NCBI RefSeq assembly: GCF_002105155.1
Contig: NW_019028980.1
Location: 682,001 to 746,000, forward strand
Reading direction: 5' to 3'
DNA from: Lobosporangium transversale
Taxonomy: Eukaryota
Length of the DNA: 64,000 nucleotides
The notes beneath the pieces were generated by a model. It saw only the letters and a list, made by a program, of their open reading frames with translations. It made no database searches and was not told the origin of the DNA. The position numbers and the translations under genes were made by a program. Positions 25,034 to 38,143 of the stretch are shown here, piece by piece. How positions within the stretch are numbered: position 1 is the stretch's first letter; every line of letters starts with the position of its first letter.

Positions 25034-26596
25034 ATGGTCTCTATTAAATTCTATTTGTGTGTCATGTGACTGAGCCTCTCAGCAAAGTTGAAAACCAACC
25101 TTTGACTGGAAAAATATCCATGTGGGATGCATCAATAACACATCCATCCAAAGCGGAATAACAGGAAACATAGTCAACTCCAATCTTCATCACAGTATCC
25201 ATGACGATTTTTTACTTTTTTTTTGCTGAACGGACTCACTTTTGATGCATCAAGCTAATTTTTTTCAAGATGAAAATGATCACGAATTTATGAAGCAAAT
25301 TTACATCATATTATGCAGAAAGATTACTGGATAAACTGGATCGAGAAAAAGAGAAAAAGCACCGATGCAACATCTAGGCGTATATGCCTAATCACTTGTT
25401 TCGGACCACCTTTGTGCTTTTAATGAAGAAAAAGAGATCTTGGATCCGATAACATCACGATGAATTAAAAATACATGTAATCGGTCAATCAACCTCAGCA
25501 GCGATTGACTTCTAGATTTGGAGTCAAAGTTCATCAAAAGCGTCCTTCGCCAGGAATCGTGGAGGCTAGACTGTCCGCTTCTATCTATCAATACCCTGTA
25601 CCATCTTTGTCGTTGCAAATATATGGAGTGCTGACGAAACTCTGAACTTCTTTCCTTCTATGTACAGGCTGCTGTCAAGGCTCACGAACTGCGCACTAAA
25701 AACAAGGCCGAGCTCACCAAGCAGCTCGAGGAGCTCAAGCAGGAGCTTGCCAGTCTCAAGGTCCAGAAGGTTGCCGGTGGTTCCGCCAGCAAGTTGACCA
25801 GAATGTAAGTAGGCAGGATGAAAGAAAAAAAAAAAAAAAAAAAAAAACTTTTCGCATTCGAGATATCATGAATATAACAACAGTATTACATGAATGTCAA
25901 TTGGCATGTGTACAAAGCTATAAGGGAACCACTGATAGAACAGGAGCAGGGCTGCATTGGACAAGATAAAATGAAAGAACTGTTTTAATAACAATATCGA
26001 CCCTGATATATCAGTCGAAAAAGACAATGGGCGCAACAACTGCCAATCATTAGTTCTGATCGCATTCATAACTAAAAAAAAACCTTGTGGATAAGGCGCA
26101 TGTATCGTATATCCATGTATTTTTTTCAGCAGGACGAAAGAGCCCAACTCGCTAGTAGCATCTGGAACCAACTTGTTACCAACTAATGTAACTCTTTTCA
26201 TATTGACTTTCACCTTGTCCAATGGCTACAACAGATCAACACCAAATGGATTATCCAACAAAGACCCCTTTAAAAAAACATATAGCGCCAAGAATAGTTT
26301 CTGACATCAATCTCATCGGAAATCTTCTCTTTATTTTTTTTCCATCTTTTTAAAAAAAAAAAAGCTCTTCTGTTCGCAAGTCCATTGCTCGCGTTTTGAC
26401 TGTCATCACCCAGACTCAGCGCGCTCAGCTCCGCATCTTCTACCAGAAGAAGAACTTCTTGCCCTTGGATCTCCGTGTCAAGAAGACCCGCGCCATCCGT
26501 CGCCGTCTTACCAAGCACGAGGCTTCCCGCAAGACTGTCAAGCAGCAGAAGAAGGAGACCCACTTCCCTCTTCGTAAGTACGCCGTCAAGGCTTAA
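25034..26596 (+). CDS. RPL35: 60S ribosomal protein L35 (uL29)
   Basis: Exons 25668-25804 ([27 protein letters not shown]) and 26365-26596 ([12 protein letters not shown]...[15 protein letters not shown]...KYAVKA). The start codon is inferred as an ATG-only exon at 25034-25036 and is uncertain. Confidence 0.95.
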
Positions 26597-27012
26597 ATTG
26601 GCGTATGTCTCGAAGATAATAATGCTAGAGCACACACACCTATTTGACGCATTGAATAAAGACAGAAAAGACCTTCTTTTGAGCCTCTGATTCATTTTAA
26701 CTTTTGATTATTATTTTTGTGTAAGCTATTATTTTTATTTTTTATGTTGATCTTTGAAAATAAGCGGCAGTGGATAAATGAAAGCACTCAAGCGAAAATG
26801 ATCTAAGATCGTTGAACAGTTTCACCAAGCCACACATCGATTCATGTGGTTGCTTCGGTCCCTTGCAAGAAAGTGCTTCAACTCCATTTTTCTCTTCCAT
26901 TACACAGCAACATCATCTTAGTTCCAGTTCAAACTAACTGAATTCAACTCATCACTGACCTGGACTTTTTTACATCCAAACAACCGCACATAAACTTAAA
27001 CACAACAGCGAC

Positions 27013-28520
27013 ATGGTCAAAACGACAATGATTGCACGCGTTTCGGACGGTATGGCCGCATTCACGCAAGTTTAGAAAACATCTATCATTATTGAATTAG
27101 CTTTTTCTTCTTCTTACAATCTTACTTATTTGTTCTGCGCCTTAGCACTTCCATTGGCAGCGTCTATCGACGATGAACAGGTGGAGAGAACAGTTCACAA
27201 ACAACGCCTTTTTTTTATTTTTTTTATTTTTACGAGCCGCCTCGCTCAACTGTCCAATTTTTTTTTTATTCATACGACTAAAACTATGACTAGGTGGAAG
27301 TAGAGCTCAAGGAGTACAAGTCGCAGGCAAAACTAATCTTTCGTAAACTCAACATGAACTCGGAGAGCAGATGTTCAATCGAATCTGGGAGCTACGTATT
27401 CCAGTAAGTTTATAGAATGGATCGTGTTTTCACAAACAAATTTATTTTAAAAGATTTCGCGGCGGGATCTGATAGGCTGGAAATAAAAGGCGCAAGCAAA
27501 AATGACAATCTATCAACTTTTAATACAGCCAACTGGACATTATGATTAAGGCATGGAAACAAAAAAAAAAAGTGAACCATTTCAGTAAATTACTATATTA
27601 CTAATTTGCACTCACAGCTCAGGAACATTGGGAGAAAAAAAAGTCGATCATACCATTTACTTTTCATTTTATCGACCGTTTTCACTTTCACTTGTTCATG
27701 TGTATATTGTACCTGATCTAACCACGATGGGACAGCTACATCATTGATCATGGGGTAGTGTATCTGTGCATATGTGAACGCAACTATCCACGCAAGCTAG
27801 CTTTCACATACTTAGATGATCTCGCCAAAGAGTTCTTTATGAGTTATGGCAATGAAATCGACCGTCCTGGTCTTCGTCCTTATGCTTTCGCTAGATTTGG
27901 TATGGGAGAGAAATATGGATCGATTGTTTAGCATTTGTAAAGGAGCAAAAGTCGATGAAGGATAATGCAAGGATCAACCTCACTCAATTATCAAGTTTAA
28001 ATTCCATATGTTCCTCACTTAGATACATTTATGCAAAACACAAAGCGATTGTATCAGGATACCAGGACACAATCCAACCTGACAAAATTACATGAAGATC
28101 TGCAGGATGTGACCAAAATCATGACCAAGAACATGGAGGATCTGCTTTACAGGTAAATGCACGCACAAAAAAAAAAAAGAAAAAACCACACGCTATATTT
28201 ATATTTCCGAAAGGGCGTTTTTACGTCATGTTTCAATTTTCCTGCTCCTACTGATGCGTAATGTTCATTTTGCATCCATCTCTTTCCCTTTTTTTCTCCG
28301 AATATTTTCCCTCTTCTCTTTCACTTTGGTAACTGAAATTAGAGGTGAGACACTAGATAACTTGCAAGGAAAGTCAGAGCTATTGCTCAGAGACTCAGCC
28401 CGATACCGCAAGACAGCCAGGGATGTGAATCTGCAAGCGCTGTACCGCAAGTACGGACCTCCTATCATTGTCGGCTTTGTGTTCATGCTTGTTATCTATT
28501 GGAGGTTCTGGTGGTACTAA
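27013..28520 (+). CDS. SEC22: Longin R-SNARE Sec22
   Basis: Six exons: MVKTTMIARVSD / LPLAASIDDEQ / EYKSQAKLIFRKL..RCSIESG / YPRKLAFTYLDDL..RPYAF / DLQDVTKIMTKNMEDLLYRGE / C-terminal TM. Confidence 0.95.
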
Positions 28521-29355
28521 GGGTATATAGTAGAATAGGGTAAAACATAAAAAAGAGAGGAAAAAAAAATGACAAAGTATCGTGGGAATGTAAATGTGTT
28601 TTTAATTGTATTGTTCTACGTAATGAGAATATAACTTGAATCGGCTGTACGGTTCATATCGGAGAACAGCAAGCAAGAATGAAACAAACAACGCTATCAT
28701 CCACTTGCATAATAAAACAATACTTTTAGTTTGAGTGCATGGGTGTTTGCCTGAGTTATGGGTTAGAAGATGTAGTGTAGATATGAAATGTCATTTGTCT
28801 GTTTAAAAAGTAATATGAGGTTTTCTTTTCCGCACTTGGAATTCCCTTCCTTCTGGGCCTGATCTTGGTTACTGTGCGGAACTATTGAACACGATCGCTT
28901 TTTGACGGAGACATTCGGATGAGCCAGTCTTCATTTTCTTCCTCAACTATCTGTAGTAACCCTGCATAGATAATGCGAGAACCTTCCTAAAAAAAAAAAA
29001 AAAAAAATTGGTAGTCTAAGGGGGGTTAGGAAAAGGAAATGTAAGTTTATCTGCTTATGATGTGGTTTATTTTTATTTTATTCTTTTTTCGCTTTCGATC
29101 TACTTGCCAATTGCCGAGAGATGTAGTCTATGAAGAAACACACTAACCTAGTCCTACACATACATGTCTATAGCAGAAAAAGACACAAAGAAGAATAAGA
29201 ATGAACGATAGCAACTATTTATACAACCATAGATAAATGATAATAAATGAAGAAAAAGTCTAAGACTCTATTGTTGGTAACGGTCAGTCCATGTGTGCAA
29301 CAGCACTGTACATGTGTTCAGTGAGCAACGGGAGTACAAAACCAGAACCTTCGTG

Positions 29356-29392
<37 letters not shown>

Positions 29393-31198
29393 TTCAGTGA
29401 ATGGGGCGGCGTTGATGATGAAGGGCGAAAAGACAAAAAGTAAAGCAGACTAATGGGCGCATGAATGTTATGGAGATTGAATAGCATGATTATACAAATG
29501 TTTGTCTGACGTGTGTATGATTTTGTGAATGCATGGAGATGTAATCCAAACAAACAAAAATTTCATGTAGACAAGCATCATCGTTTTGACAAAGTTAATA
29601 ACAATAGTAGTAGTAAAAGTGGTAATAATAGTAATAACAGTAAGTACTTTATTTCCTACAACAATGCCAGTGATTATTCAATATTTGGCTGACATGAAAG
29701 AGAGCTTGGCAGCACAAACATTCAGCAGCACAAGCACAAGTACAAGCACAAAAGCGAAGAACACAGCATGTGCAAGCAAATTTGTGCCACAACTTCAATA
29801 GCTGATGTTATATGTAAAGGAATAGAATACCATGCAAATCGGCGTAGCAATAAAGCTGTATTGAATCATGGTGAAGAACATGTCAGCATATTTCCATCTT
29901 ACTTATCTCCACTGCGCTGCAACTTGGCTACTGTCTTTTTTTTTTTTTTTTTTACGAAAATTATTCTACAGCTCTTTAGGCCTCATCTCTAACACCTATG
30001 CCGACGGGGAGGGGGATAAAAACAAGGGGGTAGGGGGTGTTGCGAGGAGGGATGAAGGCGAAGCTGAAGAAATGTGGTATTAAAAAAATGAACATGGATC
30101 TGTCTTTGATGATGTTCTTAACGTGAAAGTCGCGTCATTTGCATAGCGATATTTGTTTCTGCGCTATTTGCTTGTTTGTTTTCCTGGTTTCTTGTAAACA
30201 TGAATAGGCATGCAGGGCAGGAAAGGACAAGTAGTCTATTGATGACTCGCTCTGTTCTATCTCTGAAAAGCCTTGTTGTCTAATCAATTCATTCGCATTT
30301 TTAATTAAAAAATATATGTTGATACGTGAACATATTTGAGTGAATATGATCGAATGAATTGGAAATAGAAATGTAACTTTATACATTTGTATTCCGATGT
30401 AAAAGTTCAATTTAAACGACATCATCGAAAGCATCACTCCTCATCATCCCATCCTATCATAAACTAACGGGAAAAATAACCTCATTGGGCAATGGCACAC
30501 TGCTCACACTGTAACTGTACTAAGGGGGGGAAAAGGCCCTGAATGTTGGTCGTTGAGCATCGTAAATGGTAGGAGGGACATGAATCCCAAAACGTATCCT
30601 GGTGCCGCAGTGATCCCCAGCAGCCCATTCTCTTCTGATCTTAAAGACTCTATTGCCAACTTGGTGTCATGGCATGCACATCAAAAAATGATGACACAGA
30701 CATAAGCAAACAAACAAGGTCTGGAGGGTCTAGGTCCGAGCGTACAAGCAGGATTCCCACCAACACAAAACAAACAAAATAAAGTTGAGCAACGGGAAAA
30801 TCGGTGCTGGGAGGATGATGTCGATGAGGATCATGATGACAGGCAGCGCAAGCAGTATAGGCAGCATAGGTAGTATAGGCAGTATATTTAAGCAAACATG
30901 CTGCCGATCGTTTATATGTTCTGATCTTCTCCTCTTTTCTTTTCTCTCTTCTTCACTTTCTTCATTCTGAATCCCTTCTTTCCTTTGTGCCATCTACTGT
31001 CCTTTTCGTCCACACCTGGTTCTGCGAATACAAAGCACAATAAAAGAAAAAAAAAAAAAAAAAAGAGGGTCCACACTTCGGGGCTTTACATCTCGTCCTC
31101 TTTCATATTCATTCATTCATTCTTTCTTCGGAAGTTTTCCCCGTAAGCCGTTACTTCTCTAGCATCACCCTATCCTACGCCTTAAAACATCACACACC

Positions 31199-33979
31199 AT
31201 GCACACATCACACACCAGAACAGTAACACGGGCAAATGCACCTAATAGTGTAGTCGGCAAAACCACCTCCACTACTTCCACAAAGAACGCGTTTGCAAGT
31301 ATAAGTGTAGGTGAGAGCAGGGCTCACGACAAGCACAACACTGTGGTGAATGTCCACTCTAAAGATCTGAGCAGGAGGAATAGTGTAAATGAAACTGGCC
31401 GGCATCAACGCCAACGTGGTCCACAGGCACTGTTACCTTCTTCTGAGACCTATCTCAAACACTACAACACTAAATCTCAGACAACCAAGAACGACCATCG
31501 TCCCCTCCCTCAACTATCGTCTCTTGATCGTACCAGCACAGCCAATAGTAATATTCCTCAACCTAGTCGACTTCTCAACCGCAGCAACAGCTGTAGTCTT
31601 CGCCCACCCTCCACTGGTTCTAAAAGTATTCCTTCAACTTCTCTTTCCACAGCAACCGTGACAACTACGCCAACACTTGTCGCAACTGGAGGTAAAATCC
31701 GGCCACCGCTCATCAAAATTGAATCTCAAGAGCTTTTACCAACTCGCCGACCTCCACTCAACTATCGTCGCTCCTCCTCTTCCAGCTCCATCCACACCCA
31801 AAACTCATCGGGCAGTGGCAATAATCGATCTACTCGCAATCCAGAGAGCAGACCCACATCACCAAGGCCAGCAATACCATCAAGACCAACAACACCCTCA
31901 AAACTAACAACGATACCAAAACCACCTACTCCCTCTACAACTCCTACTCCCCCCGCAACTCCCGCAACCCCCACCTCACCACTCTCGACTACCAAGGTAG
32001 CACCAAAATCAATTTTGAAAAAGACGCGGCCAGTAGTTTGGTCACCATCAGCAGCATCTCGACATCACAACGATCCTGGACTGAGGGTGCAACTGCACGT
32101 TTTGGAGCGACAGAAGCAATTGTTGCAAATGCAAATTCAATCACAGATGAAGCAAATATACCATCATCAAGAACAAGCACGACTTCATCCACGACAGCAA
32201 CAACAACAGCAGCAATTGCAGCAGCATCTACAGCAAAATCTTCAGCAAAACCGCGTCCTCCGACAGAACAGTCAAAGCTCATCGCAACTATCACATCGGC
32301 CCTCATTAAAAATCCAAATGCCCACTCGGGCCCCATCAAGAGCTGCACGGCCATTACCAACCCCTCCTCCAACAAAGAATGTGAGTTGGGCAACTCATAA
32401 TGAGGTTATTGAGATTGAAAATATCGATGATTTGATTGAGATGGGTTACTATGATGACTATGACTGTGAGTTGGGATGGGATTATAGAGATGAAAGTCTT
32501 GACGAAGAAAATGGTTACCATCCATTCTCTGATGGTTCCTCAGAAGAGGAACAGGCAGAGAGAGAAGAAGTGAATGAGGATGAGAACGAGAGTAATAATA
32601 ATGGTGAAGCTGAGGTCGAGAAGCAGAGAGCAGAGATGGTAGAGTCCTATGCACCTCGAGTCCGACAACCCATCAACTACGATGATCTGATCCGCTCTCC
32701 TCTGCCCCAAGCTCAACAGCTAGAGTTCCAGCAACATGCCACACCCCCTCCACTTCCACGTCTAACACCAGCCTCACAAGCACAACGACAACAGCAAGCC
32801 TACGCAGATGATGAATCTGAGGCAGGGTCTGTTGCAAGCACTGCCATGGACGATGAAAGCGTAGTTGCTGAGGATGACTTGATCCAGCGCTTCCAGATGG
32901 ACGCTCTGTTCTCAGGTATTGCTACGCCTGACCTTGTGGAGCGACTCCAATTATTGACCCATTCAGATGAAGCTAGCAAGGACAAGGGTCTCAGCCGCCA
33001 TTCGAGCAACACTAGTACTGGTAGCAGCGCCAGCAATACCAGTAGCGTTGGCCGTGGTAGCATCAGCAGCGTCAGTAGCCGAAGCAGCTATAGTAGTATG
33101 GGTAGCATCAACTCTTCCATCACTTCTGGTTCCAGTCGTCGTTCCGAGCGCCCGCTTCCACCTCTGCCAATTCAAGCATTGTTCAAGCCACCATCGCCAA
33201 CACCACCTGCCCCCTCTTCACGAGTTTCAAGACGGCCCTCAATCAGTTTGGTGCCGATCAAGGAGCCCGTACCCCAACCAAGGCTCAAGTCTCCTCCTCC
33301 TCCTCCTCTAGCTGTAAATGACATGTGGTCTCAGATGTTGGAGCGACCACTCCACCAACGACAGTCATTGAGCAGTATTGCATCATTCCTGTCCTCAGGT
33401 CCAGATTCGCCAGCACCTTCGGAGAGATCAGATAAGTCAAGATTGGACTCTCCAGTGCCTGAAAAGCTCAGCTCAAGCATGTCTGCGCTAGAGAAGTCTC
33501 GGACGAATTCCCCAGCTCCTTCCACTTCTTCGGAGAAGTCCAAGAAGTCCTATTCACTGCTATCGGAGGCAAAAGGATGGGCTCGACTGAAGCAACACTT
33601 GGTGTCGCCAAAGTTGGATCGAAAAGAGACTCAGACAGAAGCTACAGAGCGCAAGCGTGGTCTCGGTGTCTTTTCTCGACGCTCTCGCCTTCAGCCTGAT
33701 AGTGCTAATACCAGCATGACTAGCGAGTCTTCCAGAACGACTGGTGAGGATGCTGCATTGTCCTCAGAAAGAAACGGGCCCAGCCTTCGCAGGTCGAATA
33801 CGGCTACAACGGTCTCTTCTTATGGGTCATCCAAGTCATCTTCATCAACAGTCTCAGCAGCAAAATCGTCCTCAGGGACGGATACATGGCCCCGACACGG
33901 TCGACGCTGTGCTGCAGATAGTGAACAATCCTCTTCGCCTTTGCGGAAGGAGACGACGAGTGCCACCTTTGCTGTATGA
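31199..33979 (+). CDS. 926-aa intronless low-complexity (S/T/P/Q-rich) protein of unknown function with candidate PP1-docking motifs
   Basis: Long open frame; KSILKK and KNVSW motifs followed by an acidic block; no folded domain recognised. Confidence 0.8.
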   Translation: MHTSHTRTVTRANAPNSVVGKTTSTTSTKNAFASISVGESRAHDKHNTVVNVHSKDLSRRNSVNETGRHQRQRGPQALLPSSETYLKHYNTKSQTTKNDHRPLPQLSSLDRTSTANSNIPQPSRLLNRSNSCSLRPPSTGSKSIPSTSLSTATVTTTPTLVATGGKIRPPLIKIESQELLPTRRPPLNYRRSSSSSSIHTQNSSGSGNNRSTRNPESRPTSPRPAIPSRPTTPSKLTTIPKPPTPSTTPTPPATPATPTSPLSTTKVAPKSILKKTRPVVWSPSAASRHHNDPGLRVQLHVLERQKQLLQMQIQSQMKQIYHHQEQARLHPRQQQQQQQLQQHLQQNLQQNRVLRQNSQSSSQLSHRPSLKIQMPTRAPSRAARPLPTPPPTKNVSWATHNEVIEIENIDDLIEMGYYDDYDCELGWDYRDESLDEENGYHPFSDGSSEEEQAEREEVNEDENESNNNGEAEVEKQRAEMVESYAPRVRQPINYDDLIRSPLPQAQQLEFQQHATPPPLPRLTPASQAQRQQQAYADDESEAGSVASTAMDDESVVAEDDLIQRFQMDALFSGIATPDLVERLQLLTHSDEASKDKGLSRHSSNTSTGSSASNTSSVGRGSISSVSSRSSYSSMGSINSSITSGSSRRSERPLPPLPIQALFKPPSPTPPAPSSRVSRRPSISLVPIKEPVPQPRLKSPPPPPLAVNDMWSQMLERPLHQRQSLSSIASFLSSGPDSPAPSERSDKSRLDSPVPEKLSSSMSALEKSRTNSPAPSTSSEKSKKSYSLLSEAKGWARLKQHLVSPKLDRKETQTEATERKRGLGVFSRRSRLQPDSANTSMTSESSRTTGEDAALSSERNGPSLRRSNTATTVSSYGSSKSSSSTVSAAKSSSGTDTWPRHGRRCAADSEQSSSPLRKETTSATFAV

Positions 33980-34131
33980 TCAACTAACTTGTACATTAGA
34001 ACCAAACAATTAAACGATTAATAAATAATTGCACTGTATAACATTAAAAAATTTCACTTCAGACTGTCTAATAATGTCGCACAACTCACAAATTCGTGTT
34101 TTTGTAGTTCACTCATTCACTCATTTATAAA

Positions 34132-35456
34132 ATGTTGGCATTTAGAATCATACATGCTTCAGCTTCAGTTTCTAAAGCAAAACTACAGCCAAAAAAGGCC
34201 TTACCTCGTGTCTTTCCTGCTTCTTCTGTTTCATCTACATCATCCACCAATGCATCGCCTTATTCCTCTACAACATCCATAGCACATACGCCATTGACTG
34301 GAGTGTTTGCGGTTAACAAACCTACAGGGTTGACTTCGACCACAATTGTTGATTACTTGCAGCATGTTTGTCGAGAGAATCGAGCTCATCCTTTTGTACA
34401 ACGCGTCCTGGAGCTGGACCCCTCGATACGCGCTAAAAAACGCGGAATGGTCAAAATTGGGCACGGCGGAACATTGGATCCTTTGGCAAGAGGCATAGTA
34501 GGTGAGATATTCTTATCAGTAAAGAGTCGGAGAAGAGCCGGCGGATAGTGGATTATAATGAGAAGCATGGTGATGAGTGACATTTTTTGATTGAATATCT
34601 TCGTTATTTGGTATTTATAAATAAGTTATAGGAATGGGTGCAGGAACCAAAAAATTACACAAGTTGACATTGTCCTCGAAAGTCTACATTGCAGAGGGTC
34701 GGTTAGGATTTAGCTCTACGACGTTGGATTCCACAGGATCGTTAGTAAGCACTGGACCTACAGATCATATCACAAAGGAAGCTCTGTTACAGGCATTGCA
34801 CGCCTTCAAAGGAGAGATTTCACAGACACCACCATTGTAAATGCCCACAGTTTTTTTTTTTTTTTTTTTTTCTCCAACGTGGAAAAACTTGAAACTGATT
34901 TAAAGCTTTTTTAACAAATTCTAGATACTCTGCACTAAATATGGATGGAAAGAGATTATATGATTATGCTCGCGAAGGTCTTGCATTACCACGAGAGATT
35001 CCATCCCGAAAAGTTCAGATTCATGAGTTAGATTTGTTGTCCTTTCCAGATGGCACGACCGTTCCAGATCCTTCCTTAGAAAAATATGGGTTCCGATACG
35101 GAAGCACCACAGAACCGAATTTGAGCAAGTTGCATTTCCCCATTGGATTTCAACCAAAACCCATTACCGACGGTACAGGATCTGGTTCATATTCCGGTCA
35201 TGTTCCTATCCCGCCATCACCTCAAGGCCTGTTCTTCCATATTCGAATCCGTTGTTCCTCAGGGACGTATATCCGAACATTGATTGCAGACATTGCATCT
35301 CGTATGGGCACTGTTGGGCATATGACGGATCTGTTACGAGTAGAGCAATCTGGATTCAAGTTGGGAGATAAGGACGTGACTCTGGAGTTGAAAGACTGTG
35401 AGGATATTGAACGCGTGGATCAGGCTATCCAAGCTGGAAGCCGTATATCAAATTAA
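34132..35456 (+). CDS. PUS4: tRNA pseudouridine-55 synthase (TruB family)
   Basis: Exons 34132-34501, 34626-34836, 34925-35456. Motifs GVFAVNKPTG, KIGHGGTLDP, QTPPLYSAL.MDGKRLYDYAR, CSSGTYIRTL. The basic Ser-rich N-terminus resembles a mitochondrial presequence. Confidence 0.95.
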
Positions 35457-35563
35457 TAAAAAGAATAGAAGAAAAAACCGCCATCATGACGTTCCAAATT
35501 TTATTTCGTGATGCATAGAATACAATTAATATGATGTTGATGATGCTGCCGGAGCCGTTTTTT

Positions 35564-36095
35564 TTATGCTTGCTCTCTTCTAGTCTGCTGCTCCAAACGC
35601 TGTCTTTCCATATTGAGTTCTCCTTGGCGACGAAGCTCAGCCAGTTGTTCCTAAAGAGCATAAAAAATATAGAAAGTAAAGTTATTATATATGTTATTGA
35701 ATTGTTGCCCAATCCTATCGTGTTGCTTTGTTGCTTTGAGCTTTTTCTCAAACTTACGGCATCCCATGTCTCTCTCATAATTCTATTCTTTTCGATACGA
35801 GCATTGACCAGCTGAACAGTGCCGACCCCGAGGTAAACTTTTATAAGAATAAAGAAGTCAAAAGAAAGGATAACATATGGGTGAGAAGGACTTTGGACTG
35901 ATGGACTCATTAACCTCTTGGTTCATGTTTCCTGGTAAAACTCCATTCCTTTTGATCTAGTGTCTTCCTGCGAGTCCAAAGCTTTGTTTTTCCTTATCAT
36001 TATCATTATATAAATAGTTTTCTACCTGTTGCGCTGAAAAGTCCGACAATGAAAGCACGATGAGCAAAGTCGGCTAGTTTAGTGGCGGTGGTCAT
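35564..36095 (-). CDS. COX14: 78-aa single-TM protein, COX14-like cytochrome c oxidase assembly factor
   Basis: Exons 36095-36026, 35837-35758 and 35650-35564 splice in frame: MTTATKLADFAHRAFIVGLFSATVYLGVGTVQLVNARIEK...EQA*. The D.AHR..V.GL...T pattern resembles Cox14. Absent from the ORF track. Confidence 0.7.
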
Positions 36096-36388
36096 GGTTT
36101 TCTTGTTTCGAGTGTTGTGGTGTTTGTAAGCTATGAATGCGAAGTGAGATGTTTCAAGGAAGATAACGGCAGGCGGGACAGGTACAGTAGGTCATGTGAC
36201 ATGCTTTTCTGGAAGCAAATCCTTGCATCATTGATGTTCCAAGTCCAACGAGAGTATAAAAGCCTTCTTGTCTTCAATTGTTTCTTTCTTTTTCTTTTTT
36301 TTTCCTCTCATAACCAACATCAACAGCCCCTTTACAACCAGCATTAGCAACCCCTTTTCTTTCACACACAAAAAACAGTTAAACCAAT

Positions 36389-36816
36389 ATGGCAGAAAGG
36401 ATCGTTTACAAAGCCCAGAACAGTCCCAACCAGCACCAGCCTGATGTCTTTATCTTGACCGAGCCTGGTATGGCCGCCAAGTACCGCGCCCAAAAGAAAA
36501 ATGCCAACCCACAAGATAATTCACCCAAGATCAACCTTATTGATGTTGCTCAGAGTAAGTTTTTTTTATTATTATTGTATATTGTTCCCACGAATGTCAA
36601 TGTGATATCTGATATTAACTAATCATTGTTTTCTTATCACTATTTTTTCTGTCTATTACAGAATTTGAAGTCTACCAGAGCGAGACAGGAAAAGGTTTCG
36701 AGGGCAAGATTTCCCGCCCATCCAAAGCTGTTCTGGATTCCATCTTCAACACTGAGGACGAGTCGGCCATCATCGAAGAGATCATTCTCAATGGCGAGAT
36801 CCAAGGAGCTCATTAA
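36389..36816 (+). CDS. RTC3: Small SBDS N-terminal-domain protein (Rtc3/SDO1-like)
   Basis: Exons 36389-36554 and 36662-36816: ...LIDVAQKFEVYQSETGKGFEGKISRPSKAVLDSIFNTEDESAIIEEIILNGEIQ. Confidence 0.8.
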
Positions 36817-38143
36817 AGAATCTCCCCCCCCCCTCCATTTCTTTTGTTTGAGCAGCAATGGCAACTAAACTTGTATATATACACGTTTTTCCCTCTTCTT
36901 GAATCAATGCGAGACTTGTGAAAAAACGAATTTAAATAAAAAAAAAAAAAAACAACAACGACATCCTTAGTAACGCACTATATTTCACTCCCATCTATTG
37001 GCAATTGATGAATATAGTGAAGACCCATCGATATACTCGTAGAATTGCCATATATACCTGAGGTCTTCAATGATAAGAAAAAAAAGATCATATTTTTATA
37101 ATGTATTGAAAGCAATTGCCTATTGTGGTCCAAGCTCAATGGTCAATGATCGACCTATGACGACAGGATACTGCTTCTGAAACCTTATTTAAATATCTTC
37201 CCAACAAGTTTGTCCCCTCCTCTTCAGTCAGAGACAGACCGTTCATTCTGTAACGCACGCGACTTGGAAGGCTCTTCACGAATGAGACAACAGTCTGATG
37301 TATAATTGTTTAGTGCCACAGGTTCACAAACAGACTAGATGATTGATCTGACACGACACAACATGTCTCGGTTCGGTAAATAAAAAAAAAAGCGAAGATC
37401 AAGCAATGCGTGAGATATGGATATGATATTGCTGGAGAAAAGGATGTGGGCTGAACATTGTGTATGAAGATATCAAGATCCAAGACGACAGCCCAAATAG
37501 TTTCGAACTATTCGCTACAGTCAACATGTTTTTTTCCTAAATGGACACCCCTATTTTCTTGGCATTCATGATGAGATCCAGTTTGCATCTTTATTATTAG
37601 CATGGTATGACTATTTTACAATAGCACGAGTTAAAAAAGTGTAAAAACTAATTTTACTGACCCATCAAAAACTCAAAAAGGCACCTACCTAGGCATGAAT
37701 TTTTTTTTTTGCACCAAAACACCAACGTCTAGAAAATCATTACCACCATGTTCATTGGGTCATCATTTCTATCTTCGGAGACTAATAAAGGAACAAAGAG
37801 AAAGGTACCATGACGAACACAGAGTCATTCTTCATCAATGGCTGAGCTTTTTTTTTTTTTTTTTTTTTTTTTACCAAGTTATTCCTTTTTCGTTATTGGA
37901 CTATTGGACAACACACTCTCTTTCTTTACTCCTCTCTCTTTTCTTTCACACTCTCACCTCATTCTCATTCTCATCCTCCTTCATTCATCATTCATCATTC
38001 ATCATTCTCATTCTCATTTTCATTATCCACTTTTTTTAACCTTTCTTTAATCACACAGCCACTTTCTTGTTCATCATCACCCCACTCCTTCCTTTACATA
38101 ACACCCGACATACGACTACTCCGTTCATACAATAATATTTACA

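Noticed and set aside
25195..25340. C box (ATGACGA) and CTGA in the RPL35 5' region
   Set aside because: The would-be guide is poly-T and there is no proper terminal D box.
30730..30993. 87-aa minus-strand ORF with hydrophobic C-terminus
   Set aside because: Explained by the antisense of a pyrimidine-rich leader and a 9-nt repeat; no homology signal.
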